Source: Alphaproteobacteria bacterium
GTDB taxonomy: Bacteria > Pseudomonadota > Alphaproteobacteria > GCA-2746255
NCBI GenBank assembly: GCA_965249135.1
Contig: OZ252220.1
Location: 1,504,001-1,568,000 of the forward strand
DNA length: 64,000 nucleotides
Direction of reading: 5' to 3'
Shown here: piece by piece, positions 28,323 through 38,148 of the stretch
Numbering within the stretch: position 1 is the first letter of the stretch
Layout of the letters: each line of letters opens with the position of its first letter
Translations under genes and position numbers: made by a program
Notes under the pieces: generated by a model
The model's input: the letters and a program-made list of their open reading frames with translations, nothing else
Database searches by the model: none
What the model was told of the DNA's origin: nothing

Positions 28323-28366
28323 GTTCATGCGGCGACTGTCCTAATTCAGCCAGTACCGCGGAAGCG

Positions 28367-28384
28367 GCGTCATAAATCCGTCAT
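28367..28384 (+). promoter_or_regulatory. Pho box upstream of pstS
   Basis: GCGTCAT-AAAT-CCGTCAT, two half-sites 11 bp apart. Confidence 0.8.
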
Positions 28385-28410
28385 AGAACTCCGCTACCCC
28401 TTTCTGGGTC

Positions 28411-29448
28411 ATGGGGAGGAAACTGCTTCTCGCTGCCGCTATTGCCGCCGTCGGTCTGGGTTCGGCCTTTGCGTCCGACACCCGCAACCAGATCCGCATC
28501 GTCGGGTCTTCGACCGTCTTCCCGTTTTCCACCGCGGCTGCCGAAGAATTCGGACAAATGACGAACTTCAAGACGCCGGTCGTCGAGAACACCGGTTCCG
28601 GCGGCGGTCTGAAGCTGTTCTGCTCAGGAATCGGGCTCGCTCATCCCGACATCACGAATGCCTCGCGTCGGATCAAGGATTCGGAAGTGGCGAGGTGCGC
28701 GAAGAACGGCGTCGGCAACATCACGGAAGTCAAGATCGGGTTCGACGGCATCGTGCTCGCAAATTCGAAGAAGGCAAAACGCTTCGCACTTACCCGGAAG
28801 GCGATCTGGCTGGCGCTCGCAAAAGACGTTCCGGACGCTTCCGGCAAGTTGGTACCCAATCCCAACACGACCTGGAAGGATGTGGACGCAAGCCTTCCCG
28901 ACAGGAAAATCGAAGTGCTGGGCCCGCCGCCGACGTCTGGCACGCGGGATGCCTTCGTCGAGCTTGCGATGGAAAGCGGCTGCAAGACGTTTCCGAGCAT
29001 CTTGGCGATGAAGAAGACGGACAAGATGAAGTACAAGGCCATCTGCCACTCGATCCGCGAGGATGGGGCCTTCATCGATGCCGGCGAAAACGACAATCTG
29101 ATCGTCCAGAAACTTAAATCGAACCCGGCCGCCCTTGGCGTCTTTGGGTTCAGCTTCCTCGATCAGAACCGGGACAAGGTCCAGGGCAGCCTCGTGGACA
29201 AGGCCGAGCCCAGCTTCGACAACATTTCAAGCGGGAAATATCCGGTCTCGCGTTCCCTATACTTCTACGTGAAGAACGCCCATGTCGGCATCGTGCCGGG
29301 GATTGCGGAATACATCGACGCCTTCACGAGCGAGACCGCCTGGGGACCTTACGGCTATTTGGCCGATCGGGGGCTTATTCCGCTGCCCGTGGAAGAGCGG
29401 GAGAAAGTCCGCAGCGGGGCGATGAGCCTGACACCCTATGCCAAGTAA
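28411..29448 (+). CDS. pstS: Phosphate ABC transporter substrate-binding protein
   Basis: Signal peptide; IVGSSTVFPF, TGSGGG, GPPPTSGTRDAF, YPVSRSLY. Confidence 0.93.
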   Translation: MGRKLLLAAAIAAVGLGSAFASDTRNQIRIVGSSTVFPFSTAAAEEFGQMTNFKTPVVENTGSGGGLKLFCSGIGLAHPDITNASRRIKDSEVARCAKNGVGNITEVKIGFDGIVLANSKKAKRFALTRKAIWLALAKDVPDASGKLVPNPNTTWKDVDASLPDRKIEVLGPPPTSGTRDAFVELAMESGCKTFPSILAMKKTDKMKYKAICHSIREDGAFIDAGENDNLIVQKLKSNPAALGVFGFSFLDQNRDKVQGSLVDKAEPSFDNISSGKYPVSRSLYFYVKNAHVGIVPGIAEYIDAFTSETAWGPYGYLADRGLIPLPVEEREKVRSGAMSLTPYAK

Positions 29449-29483
29449 TCCCGACTGGGCGATGAAAGCGCCGCTTAACGATC

Positions 29484-29519
29484 GCCGGAATTTAAGCCGG
29501 AATTTGAGCCGGAATCTGA
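29484..29519. repeat. Three tandem 12-bp repeats GCCGGAAT(T/C)T(A/G)A between pstS and pstC
   Basis: gccggaatttaa gccggaatttga gccggaatctga. Confidence 0.85.
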
Positions 29520-29523
29520 GAAC

Positions 29524-30900
29524 GTGATGGCTAGTTATTTATTCGTGATCGGCCTGCTCGCCCTCTCGTCTGCCGCCTTCGCGGTGGGGCGGCGGCGAGC
29601 CATGGCCATCGGCGCAGAGCAGCGCCTCCATTCCCGCCCGGCTCACCATGGGCTTTACGTCGCCCTTTGGTGCGTCGTTCCGGCGATCGTCCTTCTCACT
29701 CTGGGACTGCTTTTCGAAAGAACCCTGATTGGGGTCCTGCTCGCCACAACCACGGATCAAACGATCATCGACCAATTCGGCGGGCGCACCCTCTTCGTCG
29801 AAAAAGTCTGTTGGATCGTGGAAAGCGGCCTTACCAACCAGACAACGGAAACGCCCTTGCGTCTTGCGGCGCTCCACTATGCGGAGCTTAAGCAGATCGG
29901 TCAGGCGGGCCTTTTCGTGGTGGCGCTCACAGCCGCGCTCGGCGGGCTCGCCTGGGGACGGCGTGTCCTTAGCCCAACCTTTCGGGCCCGCAACCGGGTC
30001 GAAGGGTTCTTCCAGTTCGTGCTCATCGCGGGCTCGACGATCTCGGTCCTGACGACGATCGGCATCGTCCTTTCGATGCTGTTCGAAGCGATCCGCTTCT
30101 TTCAGCTCATCCCCTTCCACGAATTCCTGTTCGGGCTTCAATGGAGCCCGCAGACGGCGATCCGCGCGGACCAGGTCGGCCAGACCGGCGCCTTCGGCGC
30201 GATCCCGGTCTTCGCCGGCACGCTGTTGATCACCTTTCTTGCCATGCTGGTTGCCGTTCCGATCGGCATCTTCTCGGCCGTCTACACCGCGGAATACGCA
30301 CCGGCAAAGGTGCGGGCGACGGTGAAACCGGTCCTGGAAATCCTGGCCGGCGTGCCGACGGTCGTCTACGGCTTCTTTGCCGCCCTTACGGTGGCGCCGA
30401 TGGTACGGGACGGCGGTGGCATGCTTGGGCTCGACGTCGCCTCGGAAAGCGCGCTTGCCGCAGGCCTGGTGATGGGGATCATGATCATCCCCTTCATCTC
30501 GTCCCTTTCGGACGACGTGATTAACGCCGTCCCCCAAAGCCTGCGCGACGGTTCCTATGCGATCGGGGCGACGCAATCGGAAACGATCCGGAAAGTCGTC
30601 CTGCCGGCCGCCCTTCCCGGAATCGTGGGCGCCTTCCTGCTGGCCGTCTCACGCGCCATCGGCGAGACGATGATCGTCGTCATGGCGGCGGGCCTTGCGG
30701 CGAACTTGACTGCGAATCCCTTCGAGGCGGTGACGACGGTCACCGTCCAGATCGTGACGCTGCTGGTTGGCGATCAGGAATTCGACAGCGCGAAGACGCT
30801 GGCCGCCTTCGCCTTGGGCATCGCGCTCTTCACGATCACGCTTTTCCTGAATGTGATTGCTATCCGCGTCGTCGACAAATATCGGGAAAAATATGACTGA
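29524..30900 (+). CDS. pstC: Phosphate ABC transporter permease PstC
   Basis: KPVLEILAGVPTVVYG, SRAIGETMIV; operon position. Confidence 0.93.
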   Translation: MMASYLFVIGLLALSSAAFAVGRRRAMAIGAEQRLHSRPAHHGLYVALWCVVPAIVLLTLGLLFERTLIGVLLATTTDQTIIDQFGGRTLFVEKVCWIVESGLTNQTTETPLRLAALHYAELKQIGQAGLFVVALTAALGGLAWGRRVLSPTFRARNRVEGFFQFVLIAGSTISVLTTIGIVLSMLFEAIRFFQLIPFHEFLFGLQWSPQTAIRADQVGQTGAFGAIPVFAGTLLITFLAMLVAVPIGIFSAVYTAEYAPAKVRATVKPVLEILAGVPTVVYGFFAALTVAPMVRDGGGMLGLDVASESALAAGLVMGIMIIPFISSLSDDVINAVPQSLRDGSYAIGATQSETIRKVVLPAALPGIVGAFLLAVSRAIGETMIVVMAAGLAANLTANPFEAVTTVTVQIVTLLVGDQEFDSAKTLAAFALGIALFTITLFLNVIAIRVVDKYREKYD

Positions 30901-32185
30901 TACCGCAAACGCAACGAAGGAAAGGGTAATTTCCGCACACAGTCTTCGCCGGGCAAGGGCGGAGAAGCGGTTTCGCATTTACTGCGTCACCGCCGTCTCG
31001 ACCGCCATTGCGTTTCTTATCTTCTTGCTGGCCAGCGTTACATTAAGCGGATACACGGCAATCGTTCAGACGCACATTCGTCTCGACATCACTTATGACG
31101 AGGCCGTGTTTGAGCGCGATGGCAGCCGGTCGACCGCTGCCCTCATGCGGGCGGACTACGGCGTCCTCATCCGCCAAAGCCTGATGGCGAAGTTCCCGAA
31201 CGTGGAAGGCCGCAAGAATTTACGTCGCCTGTTTGCGTTGGTGAGTGAGAAGGCACGCTTCGAGCTACGCAAGGCAGTTACGGAAAACCCCGACCTCATC
31301 GGCAGCACCGGGTCGATCTGGCTCTCGGCATCGGGAGATGTCGACATGCTGATGAAAGGCTACATGCGGCGCGACGTAGCGGAAGGCGAACGACGCCTCG
31401 ACAACGAACAAATCGGCTGGATCGATTTACTCGCCTCGGAAGACTCGATCGAGAAAAAGTTCAACACCGCCTTCTTTACGCACGCGGATTCGCGCTCTCC
31501 GGAAATCGCCGGCGTGTGGGGCGCCGTCGTCGGCTCCTTCTATACGATGATCGTCACCTTACTGTTCGCCTTTCCGATCGGCCTCATGACCGGCATCTAC
31601 CTGGAGGAATTCGCAACGAAGAACCGCTGGGCGCGGCTGGTCGAGGTCAACATCAACAATCTGGCGGCCGTACCGTCGATCGTGTTTGGACTTCTCGGCC
31701 TTGCCGTCTTCCTGAACCTCGGCGGCCTGCCGCGCTCTGCACCCTTGGTGGGCGGGATCACGCTGGCGCTGATGACCTTGCCGACGATCATCATCGCGAC
31801 CCGGGCCTCGCTCCTTTCCATCCCGCCTTCCATCCGCGAGGCGGCGCGTGGCGTGGGCGCATCGGAAACCCAGGTCGTGCTGCATCACGTCGTGCCCCTG
31901 GCCATCCCCGGGATCCTGACCGGCACGATCATCGGGATGGCCCGCGCGCTCGGCGAGACGGCGCCGCTTTTGATGATCGGGATGGTGGCCTTCATCGCGG
32001 ACGTTCCGCAGAGCATCACGGACCCCTCGACCGCGCTGCCGGTCCAGATTTTCCTCTGGGCGGACAGCCCCGAGCGAGCCTTCGTCGAGCGCACGGCGGC
32101 GGCCACGCTGGTCCTGCTGGCCTTCCTGATCACCATGAACGGGCTTGCCATCTACTTGCGCAAACGATTCGAGCGCCGCTGGTAG
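30893..32185 (+). CDS. pstA: Phosphate ABC transporter permease PstA
   Basis: INNLAAVPSIVFGLLG, RALGETAPL. Confidence 0.93.
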   Translation: MTDTANATKERVISAHSLRRARAEKRFRIYCVTAVSTAIAFLIFLLASVTLSGYTAIVQTHIRLDITYDEAVFERDGSRSTAALMRADYGVLIRQSLMAKFPNVEGRKNLRRLFALVSEKARFELRKAVTENPDLIGSTGSIWLSASGDVDMLMKGYMRRDVAEGERRLDNEQIGWIDLLASEDSIEKKFNTAFFTHADSRSPEIAGVWGAVVGSFYTMIVTLLFAFPIGLMTGIYLEEFATKNRWARLVEVNINNLAAVPSIVFGLLGLAVFLNLGGLPRSAPLVGGITLALMTLPTIIIATRASLLSIPPSIREAARGVGASETQVVLHHVVPLAIPGILTGTIIGMARALGETAPLLMIGMVAFIADVPQSITDPSTALPVQIFLWADSPERAFVERTAAATLVLLAFLITMNGLAIYLRKRFERRW

Positions 32186-32200
32186 GAGAAATCGGCTAAA

Positions 32201-33097
32201 ATGGAAGCGATGGAACGTCAAATCGACGAAAAGAACCAAGAGACCCTGGACACGCGCGCGGCGCGGAAACCGGTAAACACGGTTTCCATGCCCGCCACGG
32301 CAAAGGGAGCAACGCCGTCACCAACGGAAGCTGGCGCATCGCCTCCGAAGATGTCGACGCGAAACCTCAACGTCTTCTACGATGACAAACAGGCATTGAC
32401 GAATGTCGATCTCGACATCCGAAAAAACGAGGTCACCGCCCTTATCGGCCCGTCGGGCTGCGGGAAGTCGACCTTCTTGCGTTGCCTAAACCGGATGAAC
32501 GATACGATCGAGGGCTGCCGCGTGACGGGAGCAGTGGCGCTCGATGGTCGGGATATTTATGAAAAGAGCCTCGACGTCGTCGAGTTGCGCGCCGAAATCG
32601 GGATGGTCTTTCAAAAGCCGAACCCGTTCCCGAAATCGATTTACGAGAACGTCGCCTATGGCCCACGCATCCACGGACTTGTAAAAAACCGGGCCGAGCT
32701 TGACGAGATCGTCATGACGAGCCTCGAGCGGGCGGGCCTGCTGAAAGAGGTGCAGGACCGCCTTCAGGAGCCGGGCACCAGCCTTTCCGGCGGTCAGCAG
32801 CAGCGCCTCTGCATCGCCCGTGCGATCGCGGTGAGCCCGGAAGTGATCCTGATGGACGAGCCCTGTTCGTCGCTGGACCCTATCGCCACGGCCCGCATCG
32901 AGGAGTTGATGGACGAGCTTCGCCAGAAATACACGATCGTCATCGTCACCCACGCGATGCAGCAGGCCGCGCGAGTCTCGCAACATACCGCCTTTTTCCA
33001 TCTTGGTGAGGTCGTCGAAGTTGGCGACACCGCGATGATCTTTACGAGCCCCAAGGATGAACGGACCCAAGGTTACATCACCGGCCGCTTCGGTTGA
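32201..33097 (+). CDS. pstB: Phosphate ABC transporter ATPase
   Basis: [30 protein letters not shown]. Confidence 0.95.
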   Translation: MEAMERQIDEKNQETLDTRAARKPVNTVSMPATAKGATPSPTEAGASPPKMSTRNLNVFYDDKQALTNVDLDIRKNEVTALIGPSGCGKSTFLRCLNRMNDTIEGCRVTGAVALDGRDIYEKSLDVVELRAEIGMVFQKPNPFPKSIYENVAYGPRIHGLVKNRAELDEIVMTSLERAGLLKEVQDRLQEPGTSLSGGQQQRLCIARAIAVSPEVILMDEPCSSLDPIATARIEELMDELRQKYTIVIVTHAMQQAARVSQHTAFFHLGEVVEVGDTAMIFTSPKDERTQGYITGRFG

Positions 33098-33126
33098 TCG
33101 GCGGGGAGAGGAAAGGGAGAAGTCCC

Positions 33127-33858
33127 ATGGCTTCGGAACATATTGTTAAATCCTACGACAACGAACTGAACCGTCTGAACCGGACGATCGTCGAAATGGG
33201 CGGCCTGGCGGAATCCCAACTAGCGGCCGCCATTCATGCATTCAGCGAGCAAGACGACGTGCTTTCCGCCAGCGTCATTGAAGAAGACGATAAGGTGGAC
33301 GAGCTCAATTTCGACGTTGACCAGTTCGCCGTCCAGTTGCTCGCGCTTCGCCAGCCGATGGCGGAGGACCTTCGCAGCATCGTCGGCGCCTTGAAAATTT
33401 CAAGTGACCTGGAACGGATCGCCGATTATGCCGTGAACATCGCCAAGCGTGTCATCGTGATGAACGAATACCCACCTGCCAAGCTTGCCGCCGGCATTCC
33501 GCGCATGGCGGGCCTCGTCCAGCCCATGATCAAGGACGTGCTGGACGCCTATGTGGCGCGTGATTCGAAAAAGGCCATGGAAGTCTGGAATCGCGACATC
33601 GAAGTCGACGACATGTATATGAGTCTGTTCCGTGAATTCCTGACCTATATGATGGAGGATTCACGGAACATCACGCCTTGCACGCATCTTCTTTTCATGG
33701 CGAAGAACATCGAGCGCATCGGCGACCACGTGACGAACATCGCAGAAACGATCTATTTCCTCGTTCACGGCAAGCGGATGCGGGAGCATCGGCCGACGAT
33801 CGACGAGGGAAATTCCATTGTTACGCCGCTCGCCGCTCGTAGTAAACTGGAGGGATGA
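33127..33858 (+). CDS. phoU: Phosphate signalling protein PhoU
   Basis: EHIVKSYD, RQPMAEDLR, LERIAD, IERIGDHVTNIAE. Confidence 0.94.
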   Translation: MASEHIVKSYDNELNRLNRTIVEMGGLAESQLAAAIHAFSEQDDVLSASVIEEDDKVDELNFDVDQFAVQLLALRQPMAEDLRSIVGALKISSDLERIADYAVNIAKRVIVMNEYPPAKLAAGIPRMAGLVQPMIKDVLDAYVARDSKKAMEVWNRDIEVDDMYMSLFREFLTYMMEDSRNITPCTHLLFMAKNIERIGDHVTNIAETIYFLVHGKRMREHRPTIDEGNSIVTPLAARSKLEG

Positions 33859-34553
33859 AACCACTTCTCCTCATCGTCGAGGACGAAGAAACCCTGGTCA
33901 CCTTGCTTCGCTACAACCTCGAAGGGGAAGGCTATCGGGTGGCCGTGGCGAAGAATGGCGAAGACGCCCTTCTGCTTGCCAAGGAAGAAACCCCCGACCT
34001 CATCCTGTTGGATTGGATGCTGCCGCTGCTTTCCGGTATCGAAGTTTGCCGCCGGCTCCGGCGCGGCAGCGCGACACGGCACATCCCCATCCTCATGCTG
34101 ACGGCAAAGGGCGAAGAAGCGGACAAGATTCGCGGCCTGGATACCGGTGCCGACGACTACGTGACGAAGCCCTTCAGTCCGACCGAGTTGGTGGCCCGGG
34201 TCCGCGCTCTTCTGCGCCGTTCGCGACCGGCTCTTGGCGAAGAGAAGCTTGAAATCGGCAATCTGACGATGGACCTCGCCAGCCATCGCGTCCGCCGGGG
34301 GGATCGCGAGATCGTGCTCGCACCGACGGAATTCCGGCTGCTCCGCCACTTCCTGGAACACCCCGGCCGCGTGTTCGACCGCGAGCAACTCCTAAACGCC
34401 GTCTGGGGCCAGGACGTCTATATCGAGCTTCGCACCGTCGATGTCCACATCCGTCGCCTGCGCCGCGCGCTCAACGCCGATAGCGAGACGGACTTCATCC
34501 GAACCGTGCGCGGCGCCGGCTACGCGCTCGAGGAAGAACGCGTCACTCAATAA
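33855..34553 (+). CDS. phoB: Response regulator PhoB
   Basis: LLDWMLP, GADDYVTKPFS, RTVDVHIRRLR. Confidence 0.94.
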   Translation: MKPLLLIVEDEETLVTLLRYNLEGEGYRVAVAKNGEDALLLAKEETPDLILLDWMLPLLSGIEVCRRLRRGSATRHIPILMLTAKGEEADKIRGLDTGADDYVTKPFSPTELVARVRALLRRSRPALGEEKLEIGNLTMDLASHRVRRGDREIVLAPTEFRLLRHFLEHPGRVFDREQLLNAVWGQDVYIELRTVDVHIRRLRRALNADSETDFIRTVRGAGYALEEERVTQ

Positions 34554-35662
34554 ATCGCAGATTCCGGCGGTACGGCTGGAAGGTTCAAGGCCCGGCCCAC
34601 CGCCTTATGGGTAATCCGGCCCTTGTGCACGTTCAACCCATGGAGCAGGTGCGCATCCTCGGCCATCGCCACCCGATAGCCCTTGTCCGCCAAGTCCAGC
34701 ACGAAGGGAAGCGTCGCATTGTTCAGCCCAAGGGCGGAGGTCCGGGCGACGGCGCCCGGCATGTTCGTGACACAGTAATGAACGACGCCATCGACGATAT
34801 AGGTGGGCTTTGCATGATTCGTCGGCCGGCTCGTCTCGAAGCAGCCCCCCTGATCGATCGCCACGTCGACCAGGACGGAGCCCCGGCGCATGTGCTTCAC
34901 CATCGTCTCCGTGACGAGCTTTGGCGCCGAGGCGCCTGCCACGAGGACGGCGCCGATCACGAGGTCCGCATCCAGCACGTAAGTCTCGATCGAATCGACC
35001 GTCGAGAAAATCGTGTTCAACTGCCCCCCGAAACGAAAATCCAGGTCGTAAAGACGGGGCAGCGACTTGTCGATGACGGTGACATAGGCGTCCATGCCCA
35101 TCGACATGCGGGCGGCGTTCGTGCCGACGACCCCGCCGCCCAGGATCACCACCTTGGCCGGCGGCACCCCCGGCACGCCGCCGAGCAGAAGGCCGACGCC
35201 GCCCTGTTCCTTCTCCAAGCAGTGGGCGCCGACCTGAATCGCCATCCGCCCGGCCACCTCGCTCATGGGAGCGAGCAACGGCAGTCCGCCCATCGCATCC
35301 GTCACCGTTTCATAGGCAATCGCGATGGCGCCGGTTTCCATCAGGGACCGGGCCGCCACCGGTTCCGCCGCCAGGTGCAGATAGGTAAAAAGGATCTGGC
35401 CCTCGCGAAGGAGGGGAAATTCCTCCGGTTGCGGCTCCTTCACCTTGACGATCATTTCCGCCTCGCGGAAGACCTCTCCGGCGTCCGCCACGACCTTCGC
35501 GCCGACGTTCTTGTAGGCAGTGGCGTCGAAGCCGCTTCCTACGCCTGCGTTCGCCTCCACAATCACCTCGTGCCCGTGGTGGACAAGCTCGCGAACGCTT
35601 GCCGGCACGAGGCCGACGCGATGCTCCTGGATTTTAATTTCCTTCGGAACGCCGATCCGCAC
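34547..35662 (-). CDS. ald: Alanine dehydrogenase
   Basis: [36 protein letters not shown]. Confidence 0.95.
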   Translation of the reverse strand: MRIGVPKEIKIQEHRVGLVPASVRELVHHGHEVIVEANAGVGSGFDATAYKNVGAKVVADAGEVFREAEMIVKVKEPQPEEFPLLREGQILFTYLHLAAEPVAARSLMETGAIAIAYETVTDAMGGLPLLAPMSEVAGRMAIQVGAHCLEKEQGGVGLLLGGVPGVPPAKVVILGGGVVGTNAARMSMGMDAYVTVIDKSLPRLYDLDFRFGGQLNTIFSTVDSIETYVLDADLVIGAVLVAGASAPKLVTETMVKHMRRGSVLVDVAIDQGGCFETSRPTNHAKPTYIVDGVVHYCVTNMPGAVARTSALGLNNATLPFVLDLADKGYRVAMAEDAHLLHGLNVHKGRITHKAVGRALNLPAVPPESAIY

Positions 35663-35679
35663 GGTCCGTCTCCCTTAAA

Positions 35680-36981
35680 TCAACGCCATCCTATCGCCGA
35701 TCCAGGCCTGCGCCGAATCCAAAGCAGCAAGAAAAGGCCGGGAAGCGCTGCCGCCGTGGTCAGCAGGAAGAAGGTGATCCAGTCCGTCTGATCCGCGAGC
35801 CAACCACCCGGTGCCGAAAGCAGCGTGCGGCCGAAGGACATCAACGATGAAAGAAGCGCATACTGGGTCGCCGTGTAGGCGACGTGACAAAGGGACGAGA
35901 GATAGGCGACGAAGGCCGCCGTTCCCATCCCACCGGCGAGATTTTCGAATCCGATCGTGACAAAGAGAAGACCCAGGTCGCTGCCCATGGCGGCCTGAAC
36001 CGCGAACATCGCGTTCGAGGCCATCTGCAGGATGCCGGCGATCAGCAAACTCTCGAGGATGCCATAGCGGGCCACCAGCCCGCCGCCAATAAGCGCGCCA
36101 AGAAGCGTCGCACCCAGGCCGAAGAGTTTGCTGACATTGGCGATCTCGATCTTCGTGAAGCCGATTTCTAGATAGAAAGGGTTCGCCATGACGCCGGCGA
36201 TCGCATCTCCGAACTTGTAGAAGACGACGAAAGCCAAAATCACCACCCATTGGGGCCGGGCCAGGAAATCCGTGAAAGGCGCGACAACGGCTTCCCGGAA
36301 CCAGTGAAGAACCCTTTGAAAACCCTCATCTTTTATGGGCGCTCCCTTGGGTTCGCCGGGCTCCGGCGAAAGAAGAATCGTGACCATGCCAACCACCACG
36401 AAGCCCGCCATGCCAAGGTAGGCCGCCTCCCAATCGAAATAGGAGGCGAGGTAGAGCGCGCCGGCGCCGGCCACCAGAAGACCGACGCGATAGCCAAAGA
36501 CGAGCGTCGCAGCACCCGCCCCGTAAAGCCGTTCCTCGAGGATCTCGACCCGATAGGCATCGATCACGATGTCCTGACTCGCCGAACAAAAGGCGACGAC
36601 CAGCGCCCAGATCGCCGTCGTCACGGGTGCCCTTGCCGGGTCCGTGTAGCCCAAGCCGATGAGCGCAAGGATCAGGCAAAGCTGGGTAAGTACGACCCAG
36701 CCCCGGCGCCGGCCGAGCGTGCGCGTGAAGAACGGCACGGGCAGCTTGTCGATCAGCGGCGCCCACAAAAACTTGAAGGCGTAAGGCAGGCCGACGAGCG
36801 CGAAGATCCCGATCGCCGTCTTCGTCACTCCGCTTTCCGTGAGACGCACGGCAAGGGTTGAAGCGGTAAGAAGAAGGGGAAGGCCGCTGACGAATCCTAA
36901 AAAGAGGAGCCGGATGACCCGTGGATCCCGATAGACTTCCACCGCCTCGAACAACCGATTGTGCAAGCAAGGTCTCCTCAA
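35680..36981 (-). CDS. ampG: AmpG-family muropeptide MFS permease
   Basis: SGLPL, KFLWAPLID, SASQDIVIDAYR, ATQYALLSS; start uncertain. Confidence 0.88.
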   Translation of the reverse strand: MRRPCLHNRLFEAVEVYRDPRVIRLLFLGFVSGLPLLLTASTLAVRLTESGVTKTAIGIFALVGLPYAFKFLWAPLIDKLPVPFFTRTLGRRRGWVVLTQLCLILALIGLGYTDPARAPVTTAIWALVVAFCSASQDIVIDAYRVEILEERLYGAGAATLVFGYRVGLLVAGAGALYLASYFDWEAAYLGMAGFVVVGMVTILLSPEPGEPKGAPIKDEGFQRVLHWFREAVVAPFTDFLARPQWVVILAFVVFYKFGDAIAGVMANPFYLEIGFTKIEIANVSKLFGLGATLLGALIGGGLVARYGILESLLIAGILQMASNAMFAVQAAMGSDLGLLFVTIGFENLAGGMGTAAFVAYLSSLCHVAYTATQYALLSSLMSFGRTLLSAPGGWLADQTDWITFFLLTTAAALPGLFLLLWIRRRPGSAIGWR

Positions 36982-37000
36982 GCCTTCGGGGGTTGGAGGG

Positions 37001-38008
37001 TCAACCGAGCACGCCCAATCCCATCCGCTCGGCGATCAATTGATCGAGCGAGGCTTCCGGACGCGCACCGAAATGGCCGATAACCTCGGCCGCACAGATG
37101 CCGCCGATCCGCCCGCAGACGGCGAGCCCATGCCCCCGGCTAAGCCCGAAAAGAAAGCCCGCCGCGAACAGATCGCCGGCGCCGGTGGTGTCCACCACGC
37201 GATTGATCGGTTCCGCATCGATCACGTGCACCTCCTCGCCGGCGACGATGACGGAGCCCTTCTCGCTTCGGGTCAGCGCCGCCACCTCGCAACGCTCGCG
37301 GATCTGCTGCAGGGCCTGATCGAAGCTTTTCACCTGATAGAGGGAAAGGATCTCGATCTCGTTCGCGAACAAGATGTCGACATGCGCCTCGACGAGGTCC
37401 TGGAAGGATTGCCGGTGGCGTTCGACACAAAAGGGATCCGAAAGCGTCAGCGCCACCTTGTTGCCGGCCTCGTGGGCGATTTCGGAGGCCAGCACGAACG
37501 CCTCCTTCGCCGGCGGTTCGTCCCAGAGATAGCCCTCGAGGTAGGTGAGCTTCGCGCGCCGCACGAAGCCATGGTCGATGTCGCCGGGCCCAAGGCCCAC
37601 GGACGCGCCGAGATAGGTTTCCATCGTCCGCTGGGCGTCCGGTGTCACGAAGATGAGGCAGCGGGCCGTTGGCGGGCCGGCGATCGCCGACGGGGTTGGA
37701 AACTCGACATCGGCGGCGGAAATGTCATGGTGGAAGATCCCGCCGAGCTGATCGTTCCGGACCTTGCCGATATAGCCCGCCGTCCCGCCCAGCTGTGCGA
37801 ATCCGACCATCGTGTTCGCGGCCGAACCGCCGGAGATCTCGACGGCAGGTCCCATGCCCTCGTAAAGGAACTCGGCGCGCGCCGCATCGATCAGCGTCAT
37901 CACGCCTTTCGCGAGCTCGAGATCGACGAGATCTTTTTCTTCCGCATGGCTGATCACGTCGACGATGGCATTGCCGATGCCGACGACGTCGAGCGGAGCT
38001 TCTCCCAT
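37001..38008 (-). CDS. PfkB-family (adenosine) kinase
   Basis: GIGNAIVD, GGSAANT, DTTGAGDLFAAG. Confidence 0.88.
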   Translation of the reverse strand: MGEAPLDVVGIGNAIVDVISHAEEKDLVDLELAKGVMTLIDAARAEFLYEGMGPAVEISGGSAANTMVGFAQLGGTAGYIGKVRNDQLGGIFHHDISAADVEFPTPSAIAGPPTARCLIFVTPDAQRTMETYLGASVGLGPGDIDHGFVRRAKLTYLEGYLWDEPPAKEAFVLASEIAHEAGNKVALTLSDPFCVERHRQSFQDLVEAHVDILFANEIEILSLYQVKSFDQALQQIRERCEVAALTRSEKGSVIVAGEEVHVIDAEPINRVVDTTGAGDLFAAGFLFGLSRGHGLAVCGRIGGICAAEVIGHFGARPEASLDQLIAERMGLGVLG

Positions 38009-38148
38009 GCGTCTTTCCCCCGCCTTCCTAACGCGTCTGCCTAACGCGTCGGACCTTATCCTCCCGTTTGCGCCACGACAAGGCGCCCTTGCCGGGGAAA
38101 GGAGCGGCCGGTAAAGGTAGAGTTCGACGTAAACGCGCGAGATCGCCC

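Larger units (their letters stand above)
25544..28357 (+). mobile_element. IS1-family cargo-carrying element (2814 bp)
   Basis: Ends GGTAC.../...GTACC (13/18 imperfect IR); exact 8-bp direct repeat GCGGAAGC at 25536-25543 and 28358-28365; IS1-type transposase; removal restores the phoR-pstS junction. Confidence 0.9.

Noticed and set aside
28314-28344. IS-end repeats (C/T)TGTCCT as extra Pho-box half-sites
   Set aside because: Close to CTGTCAT but 31 and 53 bp from the native half-site, out of 11-bp phase; the same motif occurs at the other IS end
29484-29519. Short repeats as a CRISPR array
   Set aside because: 12-bp units with no spacers and no cas genes; no CRISPR array seen anywhere in the window
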